A model generated the notes under the pieces. The model saw only the letters and a program-made list of their open reading frames with translations. It did not search any database and was not told the origin of the DNA. From an uncultured Acidobacteriota bacterium (GTDB lineage Bacteria; Actinomycetota; Acidimicrobiia; Spongiisociales; ZC4RG35): DNA of 64,000 nt. A program made the translations under genes and the position numbers. The stretch covers positions 45,327-109,326 of the forward strand of contig CAVRWT010000020.1 of NCBI GenBank assembly GCA_963724825.1, read 5' to 3'. The stretch's first letter is position 1, and the number at the start of each line of letters is the position of its first letter. This document shows, piece by piece, positions 29,546 through 37,648 of the stretch.

Positions 29546-30040
29546 CAGTTGGCGATGCTGTCGTTCGGGGGCGGGCAGACCGTCCTCAACGTGCTGATCG
29601 TCACCCTGCCCACCGCGCTGCTGCTCACCTTCGTTTTCGGGGTCTCGATCCCGGTCGGGATCGGCCTGCTCTTCTTTCCGTTGAGCCTCTTCTTCGCCTT
29701 CTTGATCAGCTTCTGCTTCGACTATGCGATCGGGCTCAGCGGCTTCTACACCGAGTCGATTTGGGGTCTGGTGACGGTCAAGGAGACCCTGATCCTGGCG
29801 CTGTCGGGGGCCTTGATCCCGATCCAGTTCTTCCCTGAAGGCATCCAGAACGCTCTGCTCTGGCTGCCGTTCTCGTCGATCTATCACACCCCGCTGATGA
29901 TGATCACCCACCCCGATGAGGATCCCGCGATGCTCCTCGGACGTCTCGGCCTCCAGGTGCTCTGGGTCGGGTTCTTCTTCGTCGTCACCCGGCTCTTTTA
30001 CAACCGCGCCATCAAGGTGCTGCGGATCGCGGGAGGCTGA
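29471..30040 (+). pseudogene. ABC-2 family (PF06182-like) permease, 5'-truncated
   Basis: The frame is open only from 29471. It encodes the C-terminal ~190 aa (DG..YLVKPID ... multi-TM) of a ~260-aa family. There is no N-terminal part and no ATPase gene upstream. Confidence 0.55.
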
Positions 30041-30042
30041 GG

Positions 30043-30840
30043 ATGCGATCGCTCCGCGAGTACGCCCGCCTCTACTTCCTGATCGAGACTCAGTACATCA
30101 AGGCCCGGATGCACTACCGCGCCGACTTCATCATCAGCTCGATCGGGATGTTCTTCTCGAGCCTGGTGACGCTGGGTGTGTTCTGGGTGCTGTTCGGGTC
30201 GATCACCGATCTCGCCGGTTGGTCGCTCGAGGAGATGGTGTTCATCTACGCCTTCTACATGGTCGCCATCTCACCGATGCAGATCCTCTTCGACCACGTC
30301 TGGCAACTCCGGTTCCAGATCCAGGACGGGAGCTTCGTGAAGTACTACTTCCGGCCGCTCAACATGATGTTCTATTACATGTCGGAGATGTTCGACATCA
30401 AAGGCATCGTGCAGTTGGTGGTGGGCATCGGCCTGCTCTTCTACGCCTCGGGGCAGATCGGGATCGAATGGACACTCGGCAACATCGGTCTGCTGTTCGC
30501 CGCGTTAGTGGGCGCCTCACTGGTCCAGATCGCCCTGGTGGTCACTGCCGCTTGCACCGCCTTCTGGCTCATCGACTCCTGGCCAGTGCTCAGCCTGTCA
30601 TGGAGGGTTCGAGAGGTCGCCCCCTATCCGATGACCATCTTCACCGGGTTCTTCCGTTTCCTGTTCACCTTTGTGATCCCGATCGGATTTGTGGCCTTCT
30701 ATCCGTCCCAGATGTTCCTCCGCCCGGGCACCGCTCCGACCTTTGTCTACGTGGCGCCCCTGATCGGGCTGCTTCTGTTTGTCCTCATGTATCGGGTGTG
30801 GACCCGGGGCGTGAACTCCTACTCCGGCACCGGGTCCTGA
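30043..30840 (+). CDS. ABC-2 family (PF06182-like) transporter permease
   Basis: 265 aa, 6 TM. YRADFIISS and QDGSFVKYYFRPLN motifs. Paralogue of the upstream remnant. Confidence 0.75.
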   Translation: MRSLREYARLYFLIETQYIKARMHYRADFIISSIGMFFSSLVTLGVFWVLFGSITDLAGWSLEEMVFIYAFYMVAISPMQILFDHVWQLRFQIQDGSFVKYYFRPLNMMFYYMSEMFDIKGIVQLVVGIGLLFYASGQIGIEWTLGNIGLLFAALVGASLVQIALVVTAACTAFWLIDSWPVLSLSWRVREVAPYPMTIFTGFFRFLFTFVIPIGFVAFYPSQMFLRPGTAPTFVYVAPLIGLLLFVLMYRVWTRGVNSYSGTGS

Positions 30841-30858
30841 TCGGAGTAGGTTCGCCCA

Positions 30859-31658
30859 ATGACGACCGAAGGCCCATCACCGACTGAGGGCCAACCGCCT
30901 ACCGGAGACAGCCCCGAGCCCGCCCCACCCCAGCCCGAGCCGTCGTCACCGCCACCCACGGTTCCCACTCCTCCGACCCCACCGACTCCGCCCACTCCTC
31001 CGGTCCTCGGTGAGCCGATCAACACCGGTATGAGCGGGTGTGCCAAGGCAGCCATCATCGGCGGCGTGATCGTGGTGGTTCTTGGAGTCGCTGGTCGCCA
31101 TCGCCATCTTCGTCTTCGTCCGCAGAGTGGCGGACAATGTCGAGGAGGCCGTCGGGGAATCCCCTTGCGCGTACATCAGCAGCGAGGAGGCCTCGGAGAT
31201 CCTCGGTTCGCAGGTTGACGCCTGGTCCGGGGACAGCGTCCTCGGTCAGATCCTGGGTGTGATCCAGGACACCCGGTTGCTCAGCGACTCCCCGTCCTGT
31301 TTCCTCAGCAGTGAGGATTCGTCCGTCCAGATGTGGATCTCGGTGTACGACGGTGGTGACGCGGCAGATGTGTTCGCCGCCTGGGCCGCCGTCGCCGACG
31401 GGCAGGTGGTCTCCCAAAGCAGCGATGAGTCGGGCACTCTCACGGTGGAGACCGACGCCTTCCGTGGTGAGGATGTTCCCGGTCTCGGTGAAGAGGCCTT
31501 TTGCGTCGACGTCGGATTCACTGCATCTGGTGGGGTGTTCGCCCGATCCGATGACCGAATCGTCTACGTCACCACCCTGCCCATCAGGGGAGGACGACGT
31601 CCTCTCCGATGACGTGTGCCAGCGTGCGGTCCCGGTTGCTGCTGCCCTGCTCGGGTAG
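30859..31658 (+). pseudogene. Pro-rich N-terminus / single-TM / Cys-containing ectodomain protein split over three frames
   Basis: Frame 1 gives MTTEGPS...(PTPP)n...CAKAAIIGGVIVVVLGVAG. It continues in frame 2 as LVAIAIFVFVRRVADNV...IVYVTTLPI. It possibly continues in frame 0 as EDDVLSDDVCQRAVPVAAALLG. Confidence 0.5.
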
Positions 31659-31722
31659 GCAGCCGCCTAGCGCCGGGTAATCTGGAGTACCGGAATCGGC
31701 CGTCGATTCCATGGAGGCACCC

Positions 31723-32778
31723 ATGAACATCGTCCACGTCGTGGGCACCGGAACCATCGGAGAGCCCCTGATCGGCTTGCTTGCCGACAACAAGGAGCAC
31801 TTCGGCATCGACGAAGTCACCTTTCACAAGCGGACCCCATTGCTCACTGAGCGGGCCAAGGTCAATGACCTCACCGGCCGCGGCGCCGTCCTCTCGGTTG
31901 ACGACGACCGACGATCGGCATTCGAGGAGTTGGGCCACGCACCCAAGTACGAGGCGCGCGAGGCCATCGAGCGGGCCACGGTGGTCATCGACTGCACCCC
32001 GGTAGGCAACGAGATGAAGGACGAGTTCTACAACCACGCCGAGGGCCCGATCGGGTTCATGGCTCAGGGCTCCGAGTTCGGATTCGGGAAGATGTACGCC
32101 AGGGGGATCAACGATCAGGCGTTGGTGCGAGGTGAGGACAAGTTCCTCCAGATCGTCTCCTGCAACACCCACAACATCGCGGTGCTGATCAGGTCGTTGG
32201 CGATCGAAGCCGACGGAACCAGTCATCTCGAGGACGGCCGCTTTCTGTGCATGAGGCGGGCCAACGACATAAGCCAGGACGATGGGTTCGTGGCCAGCCC
32301 CACAGTGGAGCCGCACAAGGATGAGCGGTTCGGGACCCACCACGCTCGGGACGCCCATCGCCTCTTCGAGACCCTCGGCTACGACCTCAACCTCTATTCG
32401 TCGGCGGTGAAGCTGAACACCCAGTACATGCACTCGATTCAGTTCTCCCTGGAGCTCGACGAGGAGATCACCGTTGAGCAGGCGAAGGAGCGCTTGATGG
32501 CCAACACCCGGGTGGCGGTCACCAACAAGACCTCGGCCAATCAGGTGTTCTCCTTCGGACGGGACCACGGCTACTACGGCAGGATCATGAGCCAGACAGT
32601 GGTCGCGCTGGACACTCTGGCCGTGCGCAACGGGAACGAGGTCGTCGGGTTCTCCTTCACCCCTCAGGACGGGAACCCCTTGCTTTCCACGGTGGCGGCC
32701 ATGCTCTGGTATCTGGACCCCGAATCCCTCGATCGTCGCATCGACATCCTGCGGCGCTATCTATTCCGCGAGATCTGA
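31723..32778 (+). CDS. type II (archaeal-type) glyceraldehyde-3-phosphate dehydrogenase family protein
   Basis: GTGTIG Rossmann start, VIDCTP, the active-site block IVSCNTH (archaeal VSCNTT), MRRAND and THH. The second ATG (31723) is preceded by GGAGG. Confidence 0.7.
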   Translation: MNIVHVVGTGTIGEPLIGLLADNKEHFGIDEVTFHKRTPLLTERAKVNDLTGRGAVLSVDDDRRSAFEELGHAPKYEAREAIERATVVIDCTPVGNEMKDEFYNHAEGPIGFMAQGSEFGFGKMYARGINDQALVRGEDKFLQIVSCNTHNIAVLIRSLAIEADGTSHLEDGRFLCMRRANDISQDDGFVASPTVEPHKDERFGTHHARDAHRLFETLGYDLNLYSSAVKLNTQYMHSIQFSLELDEEITVEQAKERLMANTRVAVTNKTSANQVFSFGRDHGYYGRIMSQTVVALDTLAVRNGNEVVGFSFTPQDGNPLLSTVAAMLWYLDPESLDRRIDILRRYLFREI

Positions 32779-33032
32779 TGGACTCGAAGGCCCAGGCCTT
32801 CGTCGAAGAGGCGATCCGAGCGGTGGCTCGCACCGATGTGGCCGGGGCCCGGACCTCTATCGCTCAGGCGTACGACACCGACCACACCCTGGGGGCAGTT
32901 GCCGACGCCATCTACCTCGCCTGCTGGCAGATCGAGGAGGACGGTCGAGTCACCACCTCGACCTGGAACACCCTGGCCGACGCCGTCGGTTCTGGGCACC
33001 TGCTGGCCGTGGTCGAAGAGTCACGATCCTGA
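32778..33032 (+). CDS. hypothetical small protein
   Basis: 84-aa ORF whose start overlaps the stop of the upstream gene (TGATG). No family recognised. Confidence 0.45.
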   Translation: MDSKAQAFVEEAIRAVARTDVAGARTSIAQAYDTDHTLGAVADAIYLACWQIEEDGRVTTSTWNTLADAVGSGHLLAVVEESRS

Positions 33033-33051
33033 CTCGCTTTAAGGTGACACG

Positions 33052-34359
33052 ATGCCCGGTCCCAATGTTTGGTTGAGCACGCTCGGGTGTGCCAAGAACC
33101 AGGTCGACTCGGAGAAGCTGATCGCCATGCTTTCCGAGGCCGGTTACGGCTGGGCGGACAGCCCCGAAGAGGCCGATGTCGTGATGGTCAACACCTGCGC
33201 CTTCATCGAAGAGGCCCGGGCCGAGTCGGTCGATGTGATCCTCGACATGGAGGCCAGGAAGCGACCCGGTGCCCGATCGGTGGTGATCGGTTGCATGGCG
33301 CAGCGGTTCGGGTCTGAGGTCGAGTCGGCCTTGCCCGAAGTGGATGCGGTCCTCGGCATCGATCGCTACGGCGAATTGGTTGGCGTCCTCGACGGGCTCA
33401 CCGGCTGGCATCCGGTCGAGATGCGTCGGCGCCCGATCATGGACATCCTCCACGCCACCGGTCGGCCGGTATCCGGCCTTCCCTATGCCTACCTGAAGGT
33501 CGCCGAGGGCTGCGACAAGCCGTGCACCTTCTGCGCCATCCCTTCGATCCGGGGCAAGCAGCGATCGCGGCGACCGGTCGAGATCCGGGAGGAGTTGGCG
33601 CTCCTGGTGGCCGGCGGCGTTTCCGAAGTGGTCCTGGTGGCCCAGGACCTCGCCGCCTACGGGCGGGACATCGAGGCACCAGGCGGCCTGCCCGACCTTC
33701 TCGCCTTTGTCTCCGATGTGGAGGGGTTGCGTCGGATTCGGCTCCTCTACCTCCACCCTCGGGAGATCAGGGAACGGCTCCTAATGGAAGTCACCGAGAA
33801 CGAGAAGGTGGCTCCTTACTTCGACCTCTCACTCCAGCATGTCGCGGGCCCGCTCCTGCGCCGAATGAAGCGGCCCGGGAACTACGAGAAGCATCTCGCG
33901 CTCATCGAGCGAATCCGCGAGCTCGACCCAGAGTCAGCGTTGCGCTCCTCGTTCATCGTCGGGTTCCCCGGTGAGAGTGATGAGGACGTCGAGTTGCTCG
34001 CCGACTTCCTGGATGAGGCGATGTTGGACTGGGCCGGGTTCTTCCCGTATTCGGCAGAGCCGGGAACCCCGGCGGCGGAGATGGAGGACCAGGTGCCGCG
34101 GGAGCAGACCATGGATCGCCTGCGCTATCTCTCCCGGATCCAGGATGAGATGACCGAGTCCCGGAATTCGGAATGGTTGGGCCGCACCGATCTGGTGTTG
34201 GTCGACCAGGTGGAAGACGGGGTGCCGGTGGGGAGGTCACACCGTCAGGCGCCGGAGATCGACGGGGTGATTCGCCTCGATCGGGGAGAGGTCGGGGAGT
34301 GGGTGAAGGCCGAGTACGTGGGTGTCTTCGGTCCCGACATGGAGGCGGTGGTGTTGTGA
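33052..34359 (+). CDS. rimO: ribosomal protein S12 methylthiotransferase
   Basis: MTTase N-domain LGCAKNQVDSE, radical-SAM CDKPCTFCAIP, and a TRAM C-terminus. Confidence 0.9.
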   Translation: MPGPNVWLSTLGCAKNQVDSEKLIAMLSEAGYGWADSPEEADVVMVNTCAFIEEARAESVDVILDMEARKRPGARSVVIGCMAQRFGSEVESALPEVDAVLGIDRYGELVGVLDGLTGWHPVEMRRRPIMDILHATGRPVSGLPYAYLKVAEGCDKPCTFCAIPSIRGKQRSRRPVEIREELALLVAGGVSEVVLVAQDLAAYGRDIEAPGGLPDLLAFVSDVEGLRRIRLLYLHPREIRERLLMEVTENEKVAPYFDLSLQHVAGPLLRRMKRPGNYEKHLALIERIRELDPESALRSSFIVGFPGESDEDVELLADFLDEAMLDWAGFFPYSAEPGTPAAEMEDQVPREQTMDRLRYLSRIQDEMTESRNSEWLGRTDLVLVDQVEDGVPVGRSHRQAPEIDGVIRLDRGEVGEWVKAEYVGVFGPDMEAVVL

Positions 34360-34398
34360 TCGTCCGCGGCGCGGCGGAGCCCCGGCCGACCGGCGTCA

Positions 34399-34457
34399 TT
34401 TCTCCCCCCAGGAGCGAAGCGACGTTGGGGGGAGTACCCCGAAGGGGGGAGGGGGGC
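34399..34457 (+). repeat. full copy of the GC-rich double-hairpin repeat (intergenic, rimO-cinA)
   Basis: TTTCTCCCCCCAGGAGCGAAGCGACGTTGGGGGGAGTACCCCGAAGGGGGGAGGGGGGC. Hairpin 1 pairs 34402-34410 with 34426-34434. Hairpin 2 is CCCC-GAA-GGGG at 34437-34447. Confidence 0.8.
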
Positions 34458-34492
34458 ACCCCGGACGCGATCAGTCGGCGAGCAGAATCACC

Positions 34493-35728
34493 GTGATCGT
34501 TGAGGTCATCGCCGTGGGGACCGAGCTCCTGCTCGGTCAGATCGTCAACTCCAACACTTCCTTCATGGGCGCCGCTCTCGCCGAGCGTGGTTTCGACGCC
34601 CACTACCAACAGACCGTCGGCGACAACATCGATCGCGTCGCAGCCACGATCAGGCTGGCCCTGAGTCGAGCTGACGCGGTGATCATCACCGGTGGGATCG
34701 GGCCCACCCAGGACGACCTCACCCGGGAAGCCGTGTGCGCCGCCACCGGTCTGGAGATGGTCTACAGCGAGGGCTACGCCAAAGAGCTCGAGGAGTGGTG
34801 GTCGCGGCGGGGGAGGGAGATGCCGCCGAGCAACCTTCGCCAGGCTTATCACCCCGCCGGCGCCGAGCTGCTGCCCAATCCCCGGGGGACTGCCCCGGGT
34901 CTGGCGTTGGAGCATCAGGGAAAGTGGATCTTCTGCGTTCCCGGGGTGCCCGCAGAGATGGAGCACCTGGTGATGGCGGAAGTGTTGCCCCGGCTGATGG
35001 ACCAGTCGGACGATCAACAGGTGATCGTGAGCCGGGTGATCAGAACCTGGGGCCGCCCCGAGTCAGAAGTCGCAGAGATGCTCGACGATCTCTACACCGG
35101 CTCGATCAACCCTTCGCTTGCCTTTCTCGCCTCGGCTTCCGAGATCAAGGTGCGGATAACCGCCAAGGCCGACGATGCCGCCGAGGCCGAGTCCCTGATC
35201 GAGCCGATGGAGAAGGAGGTCCGGTCGCGTCTCGGCGACAGCGTTTTCGGGACCGACGATGACACCATCGAGAGGATCTTGCTTCGGCTGCTCACCGACC
35301 TCCGCTACTCCATCGGGACCGCCGAGTCGATGACCGGCGGCATGGTCGCTGCCCGTCTCACCGACCTTCCCGGGTCATCGGCCGTGATGAAAGGCGGCCT
35401 GGTCGCCTACGACCCCGAGCTGAAGCAGCGTCTCCTCGGTGTGAGTGACGTGCACGAAGTGGTGAATGTGGAGACGGCGGTGGCAATGGCGGTCGGCGCT
35501 CGCAGCTTGCTCGGCGTCGATGTGGCCGTGGCGGTGACCGGCTCCGCCGGCCCCGATCCCCTCGAGAAGCCGGCAGGCACGGTGGTCGTCGCGGTGGCCA
35601 CACCCGATGATGTCCGGGGTCGGGAGATCCGCTTCACCGGCGATCGGGAGCGAGTTCGGACGTACGGGACCACCGCCGCTCTTCAACTGACGCGACTCGC
35701 GCTGATCGGTCAGTGGTGGGCTCCGTAG
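34493..35728 (+). CDS. cinA: competence/damage-inducible protein CinA (MoCF-binding plus PncC amidase domains)
   Basis: GTG at 34493. VIAVGTELLLGQIVNSN and GGIGPTQDDLT. The C-terminus has TAESMTGG. Confidence 0.85.
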   Translation: MIVEVIAVGTELLLGQIVNSNTSFMGAALAERGFDAHYQQTVGDNIDRVAATIRLALSRADAVIITGGIGPTQDDLTREAVCAATGLEMVYSEGYAKELEEWWSRRGREMPPSNLRQAYHPAGAELLPNPRGTAPGLALEHQGKWIFCVPGVPAEMEHLVMAEVLPRLMDQSDDQQVIVSRVIRTWGRPESEVAEMLDDLYTGSINPSLAFLASASEIKVRITAKADDAAEAESLIEPMEKEVRSRLGDSVFGTDDDTIERILLRLLTDLRYSIGTAESMTGGMVAARLTDLPGSSAVMKGGLVAYDPELKQRLLGVSDVHEVVNVETAVAMAVGARSLLGVDVAVAVTGSAGPDPLEKPAGTVVVAVATPDDVRGREIRFTGDRERVRTYGTTAALQLTRLALIGQWWAP

Positions 35729-36264
35729 GCAGGGTTTTCGCCGCCGTCCCGTTGCCGGCGGAGGTTCGACTCGCTCTCGACGACAAACTCCGATTCCACG
35801 CCTTGCCGGGGAAGGTGGCGCCGCCGGAGAACTGGCATCTCACCCTTCGCTTCCTGGGAAGTGTCGACGAGGTGACCTACGAGCGCTTCATCTCCCAACT
35901 CGACCCTGCCGAGATGGGCAGCAGGTTTCGGATGGCCCTGGGCCCGATGGGCGCCTTCCCCAATTCCAAGCGGGCGACGGTCCTCTGGATCGGGGTCTCA
36001 CAGGGTGAGGGGGAGTTGGGCGGACTGGCGTCCGTGTGCGAGGAGGCAGCGCAAGCTGCGGGTCTCCCGGCCGAGGAGCGGCCGTTTCGACCTCATCTCA
36101 CGCTGAGCCGGATCCGTCCCCAGGCCGATGTGGGGAGCTTGATCGAGTCGTTTGGTGACGCCGGGATCGGGTGGCGGTGTGAGACGATGATCGTCTACCG
36201 ATCCCTGTTGGGCTCGGGGGGCGCCAGCTACGAGCCCCTTGAAATCTTCGAATTGAAAAGGTAA
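35713..36264 (+). CDS. thpR: RNA 2',3'-cyclic phosphodiesterase (2H family)
   Basis: Two HxT motifs (WHLTLRF, PHLTLSR). 183 aa. Confidence 0.8.
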   Translation: MVGSVGRVFAAVPLPAEVRLALDDKLRFHALPGKVAPPENWHLTLRFLGSVDEVTYERFISQLDPAEMGSRFRMALGPMGAFPNSKRATVLWIGVSQGEGELGGLASVCEEAAQAAGLPAEERPFRPHLTLSRIRPQADVGSLIESFGDAGIGWRCETMIVYRSLLGSGGASYEPLEIFELKR

Positions 36265-36274
36265 TTACCACCTG

Positions 36275-36288
36275 CGAACACATGTTCG
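36275..36288. promoter_or_regulatory. LexA (SOS) box upstream of recA
   Basis: CGAACacatGTTCG matches the actinobacterial TCGAAC-N4-GTTCGA consensus. Confidence 0.7.
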
Positions 36289-36316
36289 GTCTAGTATCCG
36301 GCCGAGCCAGAACTTC

Positions 36317-36339
36317 TTGTCGGTGGCAGGAGATACGTT
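36317..36339 (+). promoter_or_regulatory. RecA-NDp-type (PafBC-dependent) promoter motif
   Basis: TTGTCGGTG-N8-TACGTT matches the tTGTCRgtg-N8-TAnnnT motif. It ends 33 nt upstream of the recA GTG. Confidence 0.55.
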
Positions 36340-36371
36340 GACCGTCATAGGACTTCGAGGAAGGAACCGAA

Positions 36372-37451
36372 GTGGGAAGTGAACGTGACAAGGCCCTGGA
36401 CATGGCGCTCAGCCAGATCGAGCGGCAGTTTGGCAAGGGCGCCATCATGAAGATGGGAGAGGCGGCCAACGTAAAGGTGGATGTCATCTCCACCGGTGCG
36501 CTCTCCCTGGATCTCGCATTGGGGATCGGTGGTGTGCCCCGGGGCCGCATCGTCGAGCTCTATGGGCCGGAAAGCTCGGGCAAGACCAGTCTCGCCCTCC
36601 ACATCGTGGCCGAGGCACAGCGCAACGGTGGCATCGCCGCCTTCATCGACGCCGAGCACGCCCTCGACCCGGTTTACGCCAAGGCGATCGGCGTGGATGT
36701 CGACGAGCTTCTGATTTCGCAGCCCGACACGGGGGAGCAGGCGCTCGAGATCGCCGACATGCTGATCCGCTCCGGCGCCCTCGATGTCCTGGTGATCGAC
36801 TCTGTCGCCGCCCTGGTGCCCCGCGCCGAGATCGAAGGGGAGATGGGTGACTCCCATGTCGGGCTCCAGGCGAGATTGATGTCGCAGGCCATGCGCAAAC
36901 TGGCCGGGAACCTGCACAAGTCGAAGACCACTGCCGTTTTCATCAACCAGTTACGGGAGAAAATAGGTGTGATGTTCGGAAGCCCTGAAACGACGCCGGG
37001 TGGTCGGGCGCTCAAGTTCTACGCATCGGTCCGTCTCGATATCCGACGGGTGGAGACCATCAAGGACGGTGCGGACAGTGTCGGGAACCGGGTAAAGGTC
37101 AAGGTGGCCAAGAACAAGATGGCCCCACCGTTCCGTCTCGCCGAGTTCGACATCATGTTCGGCCATGGGATATCCCGTGAGGGCAGCCTTCTCGATGTGG
37201 CCGTCGATCACGGGGTGGTTCGCAAGAGTGGCGCCTGGTTCACCTTCGACGACGACCAGTTGGGGCAAGGTCGGGAGAACTCCAAGCGCTTCCTGAGGGA
37301 AAATCCGGAAGTGGCGATGCAACTCCAGGCCAAGGTCTACGAGCTGGTCGGGCTCGGTGAGAAGTCTGGGGAATCTGAGGGAGCGGAAGAAGTGGAGGAC
37401 GTCGCACCCTCGGAGACGGTCCCCGAGGACGCATCGTCCCTCGAGGAGTAG
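36372..37451 (+). CDS. recA: recombinase A
   Basis: [12 protein letters not shown] Walker A and strong RecA-wide similarity. GTG start preceded by GAGGAAGGA. Confidence 0.95.
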   Translation: MGSERDKALDMALSQIERQFGKGAIMKMGEAANVKVDVISTGALSLDLALGIGGVPRGRIVELYGPESSGKTSLALHIVAEAQRNGGIAAFIDAEHALDPVYAKAIGVDVDELLISQPDTGEQALEIADMLIRSGALDVLVIDSVAALVPRAEIEGEMGDSHVGLQARLMSQAMRKLAGNLHKSKTTAVFINQLREKIGVMFGSPETTPGGRALKFYASVRLDIRRVETIKDGADSVGNRVKVKVAKNKMAPPFRLAEFDIMFGHGISREGSLLDVAVDHGVVRKSGAWFTFDDDQLGQGRENSKRFLRENPEVAMQLQAKVYELVGLGEKSGESEGAEEVEDVAPSETVPEDASSLEE

Positions 37452-37594
37452 ACATTTTTATTCGCGACTTCGGTGTGTAGCATCCGGTCTCAGCACACGA
37501 AATTTGAACTGCAAACCGGAGAGAGAAACGTGATCAGGAGGAGCGATCGAGTCGACGGGTGATTTCACTCGCTTTCGTCGCTAGCTCCGTTCGT

Positions 37595-37620
37595 GTGCCG
37601 AGTCCGTGAGGGCTCGGCAC
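37595..37620 (+). other. perfect 8-bp stem hairpin in the recA-rny spacer
   Basis: GTGCCGAG-tccgtgaggg-CTCGGCAC, 29 nt upstream of the rny ATG. No T-run, so it is more likely a 5'-UTR structure than a terminator. Confidence 0.35.
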
Positions 37621-37648
37621 GTCTGTTTCCATCCCCGGGGGAAGGACC

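Noticed and set aside
29082-29597. 171-aa ORF on the + strand that might have been the missing N-terminus of the ABC-2 permease
   Set aside because: It has no hydrophobic segments, is in the wrong frame, and is antisense to the well-supported vapC gene.
34427-34456. G-quadruplex potential of the repeat (three G6 runs)
   Set aside because: Only three G-tracts of 3 or more are available, and a G6 run cannot supply two G3 tracts plus a loop. The hairpin model with covariation explains the conservation better.
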